From sequence record DRR723986_6299: 38,141 bases of DNA; one strand, given 5' to 3'. Below, piece after piece: positions 7,783 through 20,543 of this stretch. The position numbers and the translations under genes were made by a program. The stretch's first letter is position 1, and the number at the start of each line of letters is the position of its first letter. The notes below the pieces were generated by a model that was given only the letters and a program-made list of their open reading frames with translations, made no database searches and had not been told where the DNA came from.

Positions 7783-9171
7783 TCAGTCTTTGGCCAACTC
7801 GTCCAGAACCCGGGCCCAGGAACGGATGCCCTTGTGGAAGCTGGTCAGGTTGTATTTTTCGTTCGGCGAATGGATCTGGTCATCTTCCAGACCAAAGCCG
7901 ATCATCAGGGAATCCATACCCAGCATGCGCTTGAAATCACCCACGATCGGGATCGAACCGCCCATGCCGGTCAGCGCAGCATCCTTGTCCCATTCCGCCT
8001 TGAGGGCTGTCTTGCCCTTTTCCAGCGCAGGCATCGCAAAGTCGAGCCTGACGGCAGGGCTGCCTTCCTTGGCAATGAAATCCACCGTGCAGTCTGCCGG
8101 GATCTTCGAGCGCACGTAGGCGCGGAAAGCTTCCTGGACCTTGTCCGGGTCCTGATCGCCGACAAGGCGGAAGGTGAACTTGGCATGTGCTTCGGCCGGA
8201 ATCACGGTCTTGGAACCGGCACCCTGGTAACCGCCCCACATTCCGTTCACTTCAACGGTCGGGCGGGTCCAGAGGTGTTCAAGCGGCATGCGGTCCTTTT
8301 CACCGCGCGGATATTTCAGGCCGACCTCGCCGAGGAATTCCTCGACCGAGAAACCGAGCTCGTCCCACATCTTGGTGACTTCTTCCGGCATGTCGATGAC
8401 GCCGTCGTAGAAACCGGGCAGGGTCACCTTGCCGTTCTCATCGTGCAGGCCGGCAATGATCGAAGCGACGATGTGGTTCGGGTTTTGAGCCGAGCCACCA
8501 TAGGAGCCGGAATGCAGGTCGCGGCTGGCCGCCTTGACGATGATCTCGTCGCCGACCATGCCGCGCAGCATGATGGAGATTGCCGGTGTTTCAGCGTCCC
8601 ACATGCCGGTGTCACACACGAGCGCAAGGTCGCAGGACAGTTCGTCCTTGTTGGCTTCAAGGAACGGATGAAGCGACGGCGAACCAGACTCTTCCTCACC
8701 TTCGAACAGGATCGACACGTCGAGCGGCAGATCGCCGGTTTCTTCCAGGTAGGCGCGGGCCGCTTCCACGAAGGTCATCAGCTGACCCTTGTCGTCAGCG
8801 GAACCGCGGGCAACGATGATCTTGCTGCCGTCCGGCTTTGTCTCGATGGCAGGATCGAACGGATCGCGCTTCCACAGGTTCAGCGGATCGACCGGCTGAA
8901 CGTCGTAGTGGCCGTAGAACAGGACATGTGGTCCCGGCTTGCCGGACTTGCGGTGACCGACAACCATCGGATGGCCGGTTGTGTCGCGTACCGATGCTTC
9001 AATGCCGATGTCGTTCAGTTCTCTTGCCAGCCATTCAGCGGCTTCACGGCACGGAGCCTTGAAAGCCGGGTCGGTGGAAATGCTCTTGATCTTGAGGAGA
9101 TCGAACAGTCGGTCGAGGCTGTTGTCGAGATTGGCATCGATGCGCGCCAAGACCTTGTCGATGGAACTCAT
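7783..9171 (-). CDS. M20 family metallo-dipeptidase (ArgE/DapE-like)
   Basis: YGHYDVQP, ARGSADDKGQ, EGEEESGS, DLHSG.YGG, IHSPNE. Confidence 0.95.
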   Translation of the reverse strand: MSSIDKVLARIDANLDNSLDRLFDLLKIKSISTDPAFKAPCREAAEWLARELNDIGIEASVRDTTGHPMVVGHRKSGKPGPHVLFYGHYDVQPVDPLNLWKRDPFDPAIETKPDGSKIIVARGSADDKGQLMTFVEAARAYLEETGDLPLDVSILFEGEEESGSPSLHPFLEANKDELSCDLALVCDTGMWDAETPAISIMLRGMVGDEIIVKAASRDLHSGSYGGSAQNPNHIVASIIAGLHDENGKVTLPGFYDGVIDMPEEVTKMWDELGFSVEEFLGEVGLKYPRGEKDRMPLEHLWTRPTVEVNGMWGGYQGAGSKTVIPAEAHAKFTFRLVGDQDPDKVQEAFRAYVRSKIPADCTVDFIAKEGSPAVRLDFAMPALEKGKTALKAEWDKDAALTGMGGSIPIVGDFKRMLGMDSLMIGFGLEDDQIHSPNEKYNLTSFHKGIRSWARVLDELAKD

Positions 9172-9320
9172 GACGGATCCTTGAATTTTTGAACAGATAG
9201 GAGCAGGCCCGATGGACTCGGGCAATGTGAGAAGGCCCTAACAGGCCATATCGGCGCGCGTAGCGCAATTGCTTATTCAGGAAGCAGAAGACGGCCCGCA
9301 AAGCGCCGGCCGCCGATCCA

Positions 9321-11261
9321 TCAGGCGGCGTGGATCTCTTTCTCGCCGGTGGCAGGTGCTGTGTCTCCGGCCGTCTGTTCGTCCTGCAGACCCTTGTCTT
9401 GCGACAGATAGACGGTCGAGGAGGGATAGGCGATTTCAGATCCGTTGGCCTCGACGATCTCCCTTATGCCGAAGAGCAGTTCTTCCTGGATTTCCTGAAA
9501 CGCTGCGACGGTGGCTGCCTGCACATAGGCATAGACGTCGACCGTGACAGCGTAATCGTCAAAACCGATCAGACGCACGCGAAGCGGATCTTCGATTACC
9601 TTTTCGTGGGCGAGGAGATAGTCGTGGATCGCAGCCAGAACGCGCTTCAGCGATGCCGGGCTCGTCTCATACCGCAGTTTGAGCTTGTGTCGGAAGTGAA
9701 ACTGGTCGCGATAGCTGTAATTGATGATCTTTCGTTTGGCGAGATCGGCGTTGGCAACGGTAATGAGTGTTCGGTCGAGCGCCCTGATACGGGTTGAACG
9801 GATGCCGATGGATTCCACGGTGCCCGCCAGATCATCGAACTGGCAGAACTCGCCGACACGCACCATCCGGTCAGCATAGAGAATGATACCGCCGATCAGG
9901 TTTTCGATTGTCGGCTGGGCGGCAAGGGCAATTGCAAGACCACCCACGCCAAGACCGGCGATGACACCGTAGATCGGAATGCCGATCTGAGTTGCGCCAT
10001 ACCCGAGCACGATCAGCGCGATGGCAAGGGAGAAAACCCGGAAGCCGGTGCGCAGAAGGCTGACGTCAAGTCCGTCTCTTGCAGCCCCGGCACTGCTGGA
10101 AAACCAGACGTAGAACAGCTGCAGAAGCTGATAGACCATCCAGGCGGTCGCAGACCAGATGATGGCTGTCGTCGACGTTCCGACTGCCACCAAAGGCATG
10201 CCTGTGATGTTGATCTGATCTTCGCAAACATAGCGGAAGAGACTTGCGGCAAGGATCACGACAATCGGATTGAGGATCGCGTGGACGATGCGGGTACCTT
10301 CGTTCACGGAGACCGCACGCCACCTGCGCCAGCGGACGTAATATCCGAACACGACCGCGTAGAGGACGAGAAGTCCTCCAAGCGCCAGCCACTGCCAATA
10401 CGCCTGGTCGGCAAAATGGTACTGAAGCAGGTCTGGCCCTGCTTCAATGACGTCATACCAGAGCGGTGCAATCAGGTTGCCGGGGGTGTAGGTGTAGTAT
10501 TCAAAGAGGTCTTCCCCGCGATCCGCGGTGATTGGCAGAACCCGTACAACTGCATAGTCTTCGGGAATGCGCTCAACGGAGGACCTGGAAAACAGGTACT
10601 GCCCGCGCAGTTCCCCTTCATCCTGGCGCAGCAGGTTGATGCTGGTGCCGGGAATGGTCCAATGGTCAGGCAAATCCGCCGCGTTGCCGGCCTTTCGCGA
10701 GCTGCCTGCAGGCGAGCCGGGAATGTCTTCGAAAAGCGGCGCCGGGATCCGGTCCAGGATCTCCTGAAGCTGCAGTGCAATCTCGACGCTGGCATTTTCC
10801 CGGGAAGTCACGGGAATGCCGCTGAGGTCGAATGTCTGCGCGGCTTTTGAAAGAAGCGCACGTACCAGAACCAGTTTTTCCTCTTCGCTGTCCGACAGGA
10901 ACAACCGGTTGCTGTCATCATAACTGTCCCGAACAGACATCCAGAGCGTGTTCACTTCGTTCATGATGTAGACGAAGCTTTCCAGTGTCGCACGCGGACT
11001 GGACGTGTCGGGTGGAGAAATCGGGTTGTCGCGCAGGTACTCCCGGGCGCGTGCCACCCGATTTTGATCCAGTGATCCTGCCCGCTCTTCCGTACTGGTG
11101 GGGGCTGCGCCGGGCTCCTGTGCACGGGCCATCGGCGCGCCGGTCAGGAGAACAGCAACCAGGGACAGCAGGAAAAGCAATTGCAGGGCCGAACCGAAGA
11201 GGCGCTGCTGCAAGCACTCAGCTTTGTATTGCGGTTGTGGCCGGTTTTCTCGGTAACGCAT
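9321..11261 (-). CDS. MscS-family mechanosensitive channel with a large N-terminal periplasmic extension
   Basis: AGLGVGGLAIALAAQPTIENLIGG, VGEFC..DDLAGTVESIGIRSTRIR, IAYPS; N-terminal DTSSPRATLESF motif; start uncertain. Confidence 0.9.
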   Translation of the reverse strand: MRYRENRPQPQYKAECLQQRLFGSALQLLFLLSLVAVLLTGAPMARAQEPGAAPTSTEERAGSLDQNRVARAREYLRDNPISPPDTSSPRATLESFVYIMNEVNTLWMSVRDSYDDSNRLFLSDSEEEKLVLVRALLSKAAQTFDLSGIPVTSRENASVEIALQLQEILDRIPAPLFEDIPGSPAGSSRKAGNAADLPDHWTIPGTSINLLRQDEGELRGQYLFSRSSVERIPEDYAVVRVLPITADRGEDLFEYYTYTPGNLIAPLWYDVIEAGPDLLQYHFADQAYWQWLALGGLLVLYAVVFGYYVRWRRWRAVSVNEGTRIVHAILNPIVVILAASLFRYVCEDQINITGMPLVAVGTSTTAIIWSATAWMVYQLLQLFYVWFSSSAGAARDGLDVSLLRTGFRVFSLAIALIVLGYGATQIGIPIYGVIAGLGVGGLAIALAAQPTIENLIGGIILYADRMVRVGEFCQFDDLAGTVESIGIRSTRIRALDRTLITVANADLAKRKIINYSYRDQFHFRHKLKLRYETSPASLKRVLAAIHDYLLAHEKVIEDPLRVRLIGFDDYAVTVDVYAYVQAATVAAFQEIQEELLFGIREIVEANGSEIAYPSSTVYLSQDKGLQDEQTAGDTAPATGEKEIHAA

Positions 11262-11345
11262 GTTGCCCCGTCTGCCGTTGTTTCAATTGCAGCCTTAACG
11301 GGAAGGGGTAACTATCCTGTTACTCAGGGGATAATGGGGGGCGCA

Positions 11346-12293
11346 TCACTCCTGAACCGGATTGGTGTAATCGCTTGCGGTGAGGACAATTTCCACCCTT
11401 GCGGGCCCAATCACATCTTCCAACCGGGCGGAGAGAATGTCGCGGAACGTGTCTATGTCTTCGGCACGAACGGGTTTTTCGGGGTCGAGATAGACGGCCA
11501 CCCAGTGCATGCGCCCTGCCTGAAGGACAGCTGCCCGATGCAGGCGATAGCCTTTTTCGCGGGCAAGGTCTCGGGCAGCCCGGGCGACCTTGGCATAGGT
11601 GCTGCTGGGGGCGCTGACGCCGGCAAGGTCTGCCAGCGTCGTGCGGAAGGTCGAAAGCGGCTGCCAGATGATCGCCAGGATCAACACCAGAACGATGACG
11701 GCATCACCGATCGGGACAAATGGTCCGAGAACCGTATCTTCCAGATAGGGCAGCGACAGAAGGGCTGCTCCCGATCCGACGCTGAGCGCGCCGTCGATGA
11801 GGGCGGCGCGGGCTTCGGTCTTCAGGATGGCGCTGCGCTTGCCGGTTTTCCGGTAGGCACGGTGAAAGTTGAATGCAAGGCCAAGGCAGATGCTGACGAT
11901 GACGACTGCGTAGACCGCGATCGGACCAAACACCAGTTCCGGGACAACGCCTCCGGAAAAGAAGGTCCAGATTTTCGAGATGGAGACAAAGGCTGCGAAG
12001 ACCAGCACGCCGATGAGGATGAGGCTCCGGAAGGTGACATAGAGCACCTCGTCGAAATCGTGTCCCCAGGGTCTGGAACGTGTCGGTGGCAGGCCAACCC
12101 TTGCCCCGATACGAGCGGCCGCAATGGCGGAGATGAAGTTGACCGCTGAATACAGACCGTCCACCAGCATGGCGTCGGACCGGGATACCCATGCGGTCAG
12201 AAGGCCGGCAACGGCCATGAACAGGTTGGCCCATTTGCCGATGACAAGCGCCTTGCGCTCGGTCTCCAGATTTTGGGCCGCGGTTGCCGGCAT
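11346..12293 (-). CDS. Cation diffusion facilitator (cation efflux) family transporter
   Basis: Six predicted TM segments, S.AMLVDGLYS, PWGH..E, SAILKTEA, and a C-terminal soluble domain. Confidence 0.82.
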   Translation of the reverse strand: MPATAAQNLETERKALVIGKWANLFMAVAGLLTAWVSRSDAMLVDGLYSAVNFISAIAAARIGARVGLPPTRSRPWGHDFDEVLYVTFRSLILIGVLVFAAFVSISKIWTFFSGGVVPELVFGPIAVYAVVIVSICLGLAFNFHRAYRKTGKRSAILKTEARAALIDGALSVGSGAALLSLPYLEDTVLGPFVPIGDAVIVLVLILAIIWQPLSTFRTTLADLAGVSAPSSTYAKVARAARDLAREKGYRLHRAAVLQAGRMHWVAVYLDPEKPVRAEDIDTFRDILSARLEDVIGPARVEIVLTASDYTNPVQE

Positions 12294-12301
12294 CGCTTCG
12301 T

Positions 12302-13861
12302 CTAGTTGCCTCTTTTCAGCGAACCGAGCAGGCCCCGAACCAGCGCACGGCCGAGCGAGGAGCCGAGACTTCTGGCTGCGGACTTGAGCCCGGCTTCCAG
12401 GGCCGTGTCGCGCTGGCCACGGCGGTTGCTGCGCCGTTCCCGGCTTTCCTGACGCGGCCTGTCATCGCGTCCGAAGTCGGGCAGCTGAAAACCGGACCGC
12501 GAGCGCCGTGGCTCGCCATGTTTCCTGGCGTAGCTGTCTTCCTTTTCCTGGCGCCGCTGTTCCTGTCTCTGCGCTTCCTGCGCGCGTCCCATCAGGACTT
12601 CGTAAGCCGACGTCCGGTCGCGGGTGCGCTCGTAAGTGCCGAAAACGGGGCTGGACTGGATCAAGGCCCGTCGTTCGGCCTGAGTGACAGGACCCAGCCG
12701 CGAACAGGGTGGACGGATCAGCGTGCGCTGAACGACGGACGGAATGCCTTTGCCTTCCAGGGTCGAGACCAGTGCTTCGCCGACACCGAGTTCCGTGATG
12801 ACCCGTTCGGTGTTGAGATCCGGGTTGGGACGGAAAGTTTCCGCAGCTGCCCTGACAGCCTTCTGGTCGCGCGGCGTGAAGGCACGCAGGGCGTGCTGAA
12901 TGCGGTTGCCGAGCTGGGAAAGCACGGTCTCCGGCACGTCCAGCGGGTTCTGAGTAACAAAATAGACGCCGACACCCTTGGAACGTATCAACCGGACTAC
13001 CTGTTCCACCTTCTCGATAAGTGCCTTGGGAGCATCGGAAAACAGAAGGTGGGCTTCGTCGAAGAAGAACACCAGCTTCGGCTTTTCCGGATCACCGACT
13101 TCGGGCAGTTCCTCAAAGAGTTCAGACAGCATCCAGAGCAGGAAGACGCCATAGAGCCGGGGAGCGGACATGAGCTTGTCGGCAGCAAGGATGTTGACGA
13201 CACCCCGGCCGTCCGGCGCGGTGCGGATGAAGTCACGGATGTCGAGGGCCGGTTCTCCGAAGAAGTGTTCTCCGCCCTGACGCTCCAGCACCAGAAGCCT
13301 GCGCTGAATCGCCCCGACGGACGCCTTGGAAACGTTGCCGTAGATCGTGGAAAGCTCGGAGGCACGTTCTGCCACGTGGGCAAGCATTGCCCTGAGGTCT
13401 TTCAGATCCAGCAGCAGCAGGCCTTCATCGTCGGCCAGCTCGAACAGGACGTTCAGTACACCTTCCTGCGTATCGTTGAGTTCCAGCAGTCGGGCGAGGA
13501 GCAGGGGCCCAATCTCGGAAACGGTGGTGCGGATCGGATGGCCTTGCTCGCCGAGCAGGTCCCAGAAAACCGCGGGGAACGCTTCGTAGGTGTATTCGTC
13601 GGCGATCCCGACATCGCTGGCGCGTTTTTCAAGAAAATCCTTGGAAACACCCGCGGTTGCAAGTCCGGACAGGTCGCCCTTGATATCGGCGCAGAACACG
13701 GGAACACCGGCCTTGGAAAACCCTTCGGCAAGGATCTGCAGTGAAACGGTCTTGCCGGTGCCAGTTGCTCCGGCAATCAAGCCGTGGCGGTTTGCGAGCT
13801 TGAGCGTGAGGGTTTCTTCCCTGGTGCTGGCACCGATGAAAATACTGTCTTTTACCGTCAC
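12302..13861 (-). CDS. DUF853/YjgR helicase HerA-like ATPase
   Basis: [16 protein letters not shown] (Walker A), [10 protein letters not shown] (Walker B), [31 protein letters not shown] start with GGGGG SD. Confidence 0.95.
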   Translation of the reverse strand: MTVKDSIFIGASTREETLTLKLANRHGLIAGATGTGKTVSLQILAEGFSKAGVPVFCADIKGDLSGLATAGVSKDFLEKRASDVGIADEYTYEAFPAVFWDLLGEQGHPIRTTVSEIGPLLLARLLELNDTQEGVLNVLFELADDEGLLLLDLKDLRAMLAHVAERASELSTIYGNVSKASVGAIQRRLLVLERQGGEHFFGEPALDIRDFIRTAPDGRGVVNILAADKLMSAPRLYGVFLLWMLSELFEELPEVGDPEKPKLVFFFDEAHLLFSDAPKALIEKVEQVVRLIRSKGVGVYFVTQNPLDVPETVLSQLGNRIQHALRAFTPRDQKAVRAAAETFRPNPDLNTERVITELGVGEALVSTLEGKGIPSVVQRTLIRPPCSRLGPVTQAERRALIQSSPVFGTYERTRDRTSAYEVLMGRAQEAQRQEQRRQEKEDSYARKHGEPRRSRSGFQLPDFGRDDRPRQESRERRSNRRGQRDTALEAGLKSAARSLGSSLGRALVRGLLGSLKRGN

Positions 13862-14081
13862 GATTACCCCCGAATCCCTGCATCTTGCCGCAGCCTAGAG
13901 CCTTTCGCTGCCAGATTGAAACATTCTGTTGCCGGGCGGCATTGGACGAGCGTGCGGGCTGCATGCGGCATAGTCGAGCAGAAAAGACATTGCCCATCGA
14001 CGTGGGCACCTCGAGACTTGTATAGAGAAGCCAAACGGGCGCCGGATGACAGGGCGTCAGTCATTTGATCAGGAGATTTTC

Positions 14082-14474
14082 ATGGACGAGCTCATCCAGC
14101 GGATCATGGCGGCAGCAGGCATCGAGGAAGATGTCGCCAAGAACGCCATCGGCATCATTCTGGGCTTCTTGAACAAGGAAGGTCCGGAAGACAAGATGCA
14201 GCTCATCTTCGACGCTTTGCCCGGAGCGAAGGATCTTGTCGATGCGCGTGCGGAAGCCGGTTCCGGCGGCGGGTTTTTGAGCGGTCTTGGAAGCATGATG
14301 GGCGGTGGCATGGGCGCCATGGCGGCACTCAATGAATTGACAAATGCGGGCCTCGACATGGATGGCGTGCAAAGTGTTGTCAAAGAACTCGTGTCCTATG
14401 CTAAGGAAAAAGCAGGGGACGATGTTGTGAATGAAGTGGTTTCACAAATTCCGGGACTGAGCCAGATCGTCTGA
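14082..14474 (+). CDS. Conserved small helical protein (DUF2267/DUF2780-like)
   Basis: AGGAG SD; host-like codon usage; MDELI...IPGLSQ pattern with a Gly/Met-rich linker. Confidence 0.75.
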   Translation: MDELIQRIMAAAGIEEDVAKNAIGIILGFLNKEGPEDKMQLIFDALPGAKDLVDARAEAGSGGGFLSGLGSMMGGGMGAMAALNELTNAGLDMDGVQSVVKELVSYAKEKAGDDVVNEVVSQIPGLSQIV

Positions 14475-14518
14475 CTGTCCCAGGTTCGGTTGCCGGTTGA
14501 TTAGGGAGTTCTGAGCGC

Positions 14519-14926
14519 ATGTCTTATTCCATCGATGAAATCGAAGGTATCGGCCCAACCTATGCTGCAAAGCTGGATGAAGTCGGCATCAAGACAACGG
14601 AAGCTTATCTGGAGCGTGCGAAGGACCCGAAAGGTCGCAAGGCGCTGGAAGAAGAAACCGGCATCGACGGCAAGCGGATCCTGAAATGGGCCAACATGGC
14701 GGATCTGATGCGCATCAGCGGCGTTGGTGAGGAATATTCCGAACTCCTGGAAGCTGCCGGCGTCGACACGGTGAAGGAACTGAAGCATCGCAATGCCGCC
14801 AACCTTGCGGAGAAGATGCAGGAAGTGAACGAAGCCAAGAAGCTTGTTCGCCAGGTGCCGAGTGAAAGCCAGGTCACCAAATGGGTCGATCAGGCCAAGG
14901 AACTGCCGCCGATGATGACCTACTGA
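14519..14926 (+). CDS. DUF4332 helix-hairpin-helix protein
   Basis: IEGIGP (HhH), WANMADLMRISGVG.EYSELLEAAGVDTVKEL, VRQVPS. Confidence 0.9.
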   Translation: MSYSIDEIEGIGPTYAAKLDEVGIKTTEAYLERAKDPKGRKALEEETGIDGKRILKWANMADLMRISGVGEEYSELLEAAGVDTVKELKHRNAANLAEKMQEVNEAKKLVRQVPSESQVTKWVDQAKELPPMMTY

Positions 14927-14955
14927 GGTCGGCAAGCCGAAAAATGAAATGACAA

Positions 14956-14988
14956 AAAAGGCGTGCGGAAAGCGCGCCTTTTCCTTTT
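14956..14988 (+). terminator. Rho-independent terminator
   Basis: AAAAGGCGTGC-GGAAA-GCGCGCCTTTT followed by CCTTTT. Confidence 0.8.
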
Positions 14989-15075
14989 GGTGATTGGCAT
15001 TTTGACGTTGTTGCCCGGCGTGCGTGCCTGGCGTGGTCTCATCTGACCCATGTTGTTTTGCATCCGCGCCAGAAC

Positions 15076-15100
15076 AAAAAAGGCGCACCGAAGTGCGCCT
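15076..15100 (-). terminator. Rho-independent terminator of the LuxR gene
   Basis: AGGCGCAC-CGAA-GTGCGCCT preceded by an A run (U tract on the minus strand). Confidence 0.75.
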
Positions 15101-15139
15101 GTTGTTAGCCTCTGGAAGCTGTTGGCTGGAGAAGCAGCG

Positions 15140-15850
15140 TTATACGCTGATCTGGCCGTAACGAAGCGCTTCGACCACGGTGTGGGTCTTGTTGGAAGCG
15201 TTCAGCTTGACACTGGCATTCTGCAGGTGAGCGTGGACAGTCCGCTGGGAGATGTCGAGCACGTCTGCAATTTCGCCGGCTGTCTTGCCATAGGCCGTCA
15301 GTTCCAGAACCTTGCGCTCACGGGTCGACAATGCGCCCGGTCGCTGTCCGGAAATCACGCCAAGTTCGCGCAGGCGCGAGAAGGCGGCAGCTGCAAGTGC
15401 TTCCAGATTGGAAAGATCGTATTTGTTGACCTGAAGAGCAGGGCCGCTTGCAAACACGAATGCCTGGAAAGGATAGAGTTCCGTCACTGGTATCACGAGA
15501 ACCTGACTTCCTTCCCCGGCTGACGCCAGAAGGTCGGAATGTTCCATGTCACCGGCGGAGATTGTCCAGACGCGAGCCCGGTTTGAACCGAGGCCAAGCA
15601 TCAAGGCGCTGTCATTTGCAGAAAGCGAAGTGCTTTCAATTCCGTCATTGCGTTGATCGGGCCACCGGAACCGTTGAACGAGGTTGTCGATCGGGCGGTT
15701 CGGCATCGGCAGGCCGGTAATGAGGATATGCGTCGCCCCCATGCGTCGAAGGTTCGATTCCAAAATATCGAGAACATGATGGGCGGCATTTGCTTCCGAG
15801 ATTGCTCTCAGCTTGCTCTTCAATTCCGTTTGATCAAGCATTGTGCACAT
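15140..15850 (-). CDS. LuxR-family regulator (solo) with a divergent autoinducer-binding-like domain
   Basis: C-terminal LSTRERKVLEL..YGKTAGEIADVLDISQRTVHAHLQNASVKLNASNKTH HTH; start at 15850 or 15841. Confidence 0.9.
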   Translation of the reverse strand: MCTMLDQTELKSKLRAISEANAAHHVLDILESNLRRMGATHILITGLPMPNRPIDNLVQRFRWPDQRNDGIESTSLSANDSALMLGLGSNRARVWTISAGDMEHSDLLASAGEGSQVLVIPVTELYPFQAFVFASGPALQVNKYDLSNLEALAAAAFSRLRELGVISGQRPGALSTRERKVLELTAYGKTAGEIADVLDISQRTVHAHLQNASVKLNASNKTHTVVEALRYGQISV

Positions 15851-16350
15851 CCTTTGCGGCTTGGGTGGCCGCGTCTTTGCGGGTGTCCGTACGCGAGCCG
15901 GAACATCCGCTGATGGGTGAAACCCGTTCCCGCCAAACCTATTCAGGTAAGTGTCGGATCCGGACGCCGCGCATTTCTTATGAGGGTAGAATTTCCCATG
16001 CGTCAGCACCTATACGCTACAATACAATTGATGATCGTACCAATAGGGAAAACTGGCAAATTTAGCTTATTCCGCCAAAAAATTGACAAGTTGGCGCCTA
16101 GAAGAGGCCAAATTGTCTTTCTGAGAAGTGTTTAACGTCTTCGTAAGTGTAAGTCGAAAAACGCAATTTGTAGATAAATTTTTATTTTGCGCGTCTAATT
16201 AATTCTACGAGCGAATCGCAAGTCGGAACTGGCTCCCGGTTTCACCTGATTCAACTGTCCGAGACCTTGTGATCTTCAAATCCTTACCCATTCTGCTGAG
16301 TTGCCAAGCTTCGGGCCCAGGGACTAAAACGGGGCCAGGGAGTACGTGCG

Positions 16351-18359
16351 ATGCCGAACAGCTTTACTGGACCTGAAAGTTTTTATTCTGCCGACGCGGA
16401 GGCCTGGTGGGCTGCGGTCGACAAAGCCCTGAAGGGGAGCGCCCGGCAGAAGCTTTACGGGAAAACCGAAGATGGACTGGATATCGCGCCGCTTTATGAG
16501 CGCAGGACAGACAGTCCGGCGCGCGCCCTTCGGGCTGCCGCAGGCGACTGGTCCGTGGTCCAGCGGATCGACATTCCCGATCCTGCTGCCGCAAACGCAC
16601 AAATTCTGGAAGATCTGCAGGGTGGCGCGAGCGGCCTTGACCTGGTTTTCCGCGGTGCTGCCGCATCATACGGCAATGGCATCCGGGTAGACGATCTATC
16701 CGGTGTCGACCGCCTCCTGAAAGACGTCGAACTGGATCTGATTGACCTGCGCTTTGAGGCCGGGCGGGAAAATGTCGAGATTTTCGCCTCCATTCTGGCA
16801 TTGCTCGAAAAGCGCAAGATCGATCCGGCAAGCGTTCGCCTGACGGCCGGGATCGATCCCTATGGCTGGGTGGCAGTCAATGGTGTCGCACTTGCCGACA
16901 TGGAAAACGCCTACAGGCATTTCCGCGATCTGGTGGTCGCAGCGCATGATTTTGGCAGCCCGGCACGGGTAATGAAGGCCGATGGCCGCATATGGCACGA
17001 GGCGGGGGCAACGCCTGCGCAGGAGCTTGCGCTTGTTCTGGCTTCCGCCACAGCTCACATGCGCTTGCTGGAAGGCACGAGACTGGCGCCTGAACAATGG
17101 GCTGACAGAATTTCCTTCAGCCTGATCGCGGAAGCCGACCAGATCGGAACCATTGCCAAGGCCCGCGCGATCCGCTCGCTCTGGGCGTCGGTACTGGACG
17201 GTGCAGGACTGCCGCAAGCGGCTCTGCCGTTGCATATGTCGACTTCCTACAGAATGCTGACCCGACGGGACCCCTGGGTCAATCTGCTGCGCAACACGGT
17301 GGCAACCTTTGCAGCCGGTGTCGGTGGTGCAGACAGTGTCTGTGTTCTGTCGCATACGTTGGCTGTCGGTTTGCCCGACGGCTTTGCCCGCAGGCTGGCG
17401 CGCAATACGCAGTCTATCCTTCTGGAAGAAAGCAATCTTGCGAAGGTGACCGATCCGGCCGCCGGCTCTGGCGCCATTGAAGACCGGACGGATACAGTTT
17501 GCGAGGCGGCCTGGAGCCTCTTCCAGGATATCGAGGCGGCCGGTGGCCTGTTCGAGGCGGTGCGCACGGGCCTCGTGCATGATCGCATCGGGGCTGCCAG
17601 GGCCGGTCTTGCCAAGAACATCGCCACCAGAAAGCGTCCGATCACCGGCGTAAGCGAGTTCCCGGACCTTGCTGAAAAGCCTGTTGCGGTGCTGAAATCG
17701 AGCAAGGAAGATCTTGCAGGCGTGAGCGCACCGCGTGAGGACCTGCCGGAACCGGGAGACGGCGAGCGCTTTGCGACCCTGCGCAAGCTTGCCCTTCAGG
17801 GAGTGCCCCTGAGCGAGCTGGGCATGCGGCTTGACCTTCTGCCGCGCGACTATTCCCTTCCGAAGCTGGAAACGGCCCGGATAGCGGAGCCTTTCGAGCA
17901 GCTTCGTAGCAGGTCAGAAGCCTTCGAGCAGGCCGCGTCGACAACGCCAGCGGTATTCCTGGCGTCTCTCGGCAGTCTGGCCCAGTTCTCGGCGAGAGCC
18001 ACCTGGACGGCAAACGCCTTTGCGGCGGGCGGGTTGAAACCCGTCGGGCCGGCTGTCTATGGTTCGCTTGAAGATCTCGTTGAGGCCTTCCGGCAAAGCG
18101 GGGCGATGCTTGCCTGTCTCGTCTCCACGGATGATGTTTACGAGGCGCAGGCGGAAGAGGCAGCTCAAGCCCTGAAAACGGCAGGGGCGGATTACCTCTA
18201 CCTTGCAGGGCGCCCTGGAGACCGGGAAGATGCCTATCACAAAGCCGGTGTGGACGCTTTCGTCTTTGCCGGATGCGATCTGCTTGCACTCTTGAAGGAT
18301 GCATTTGACCGGCTGGAGACCCAACAAGGGGTCGAGCCGAAAGATCTGGAGGTCCAATC

Positions 18360-18363
<4 letters not shown>
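16351..18363 (+). CDS. mutA: Methylmalonyl-CoA mutase small (beta, non-catalytic) subunit
   Basis: [40 protein letters not shown]; no DxHxxG motif; ATGA overlap with the large subunit. Confidence 0.93.
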
Positions 18364-20525
<2,162 letters not shown>

Positions 20526-20543
20526 GGCCCGTGTCGGCAGTCG

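Noticed and set aside
7768..9192. 474-aa plus-strand ORF (also 350-1483, 11181-12149, 12284-13744, 19332-20267, 25339-26328, 26629-27522, 29207-30196)
   Set aside because: These are antisense shadows of well-supported genes, expected from high-GC codon bias, and contain no recognisable motifs.
12302..13861. HerA-based anti-phage system
   Set aside because: This is the widespread DUF853/YjgR type; no adjacent SIR2, NurA or nuclease partner; host-like composition.
15851..16350. Cobalamin riboswitch upstream of the B12-dependent mutase
   Set aside because: No B12-box or other conserved riboswitch segments recognisable by eye; an Rfam scan would settle it.
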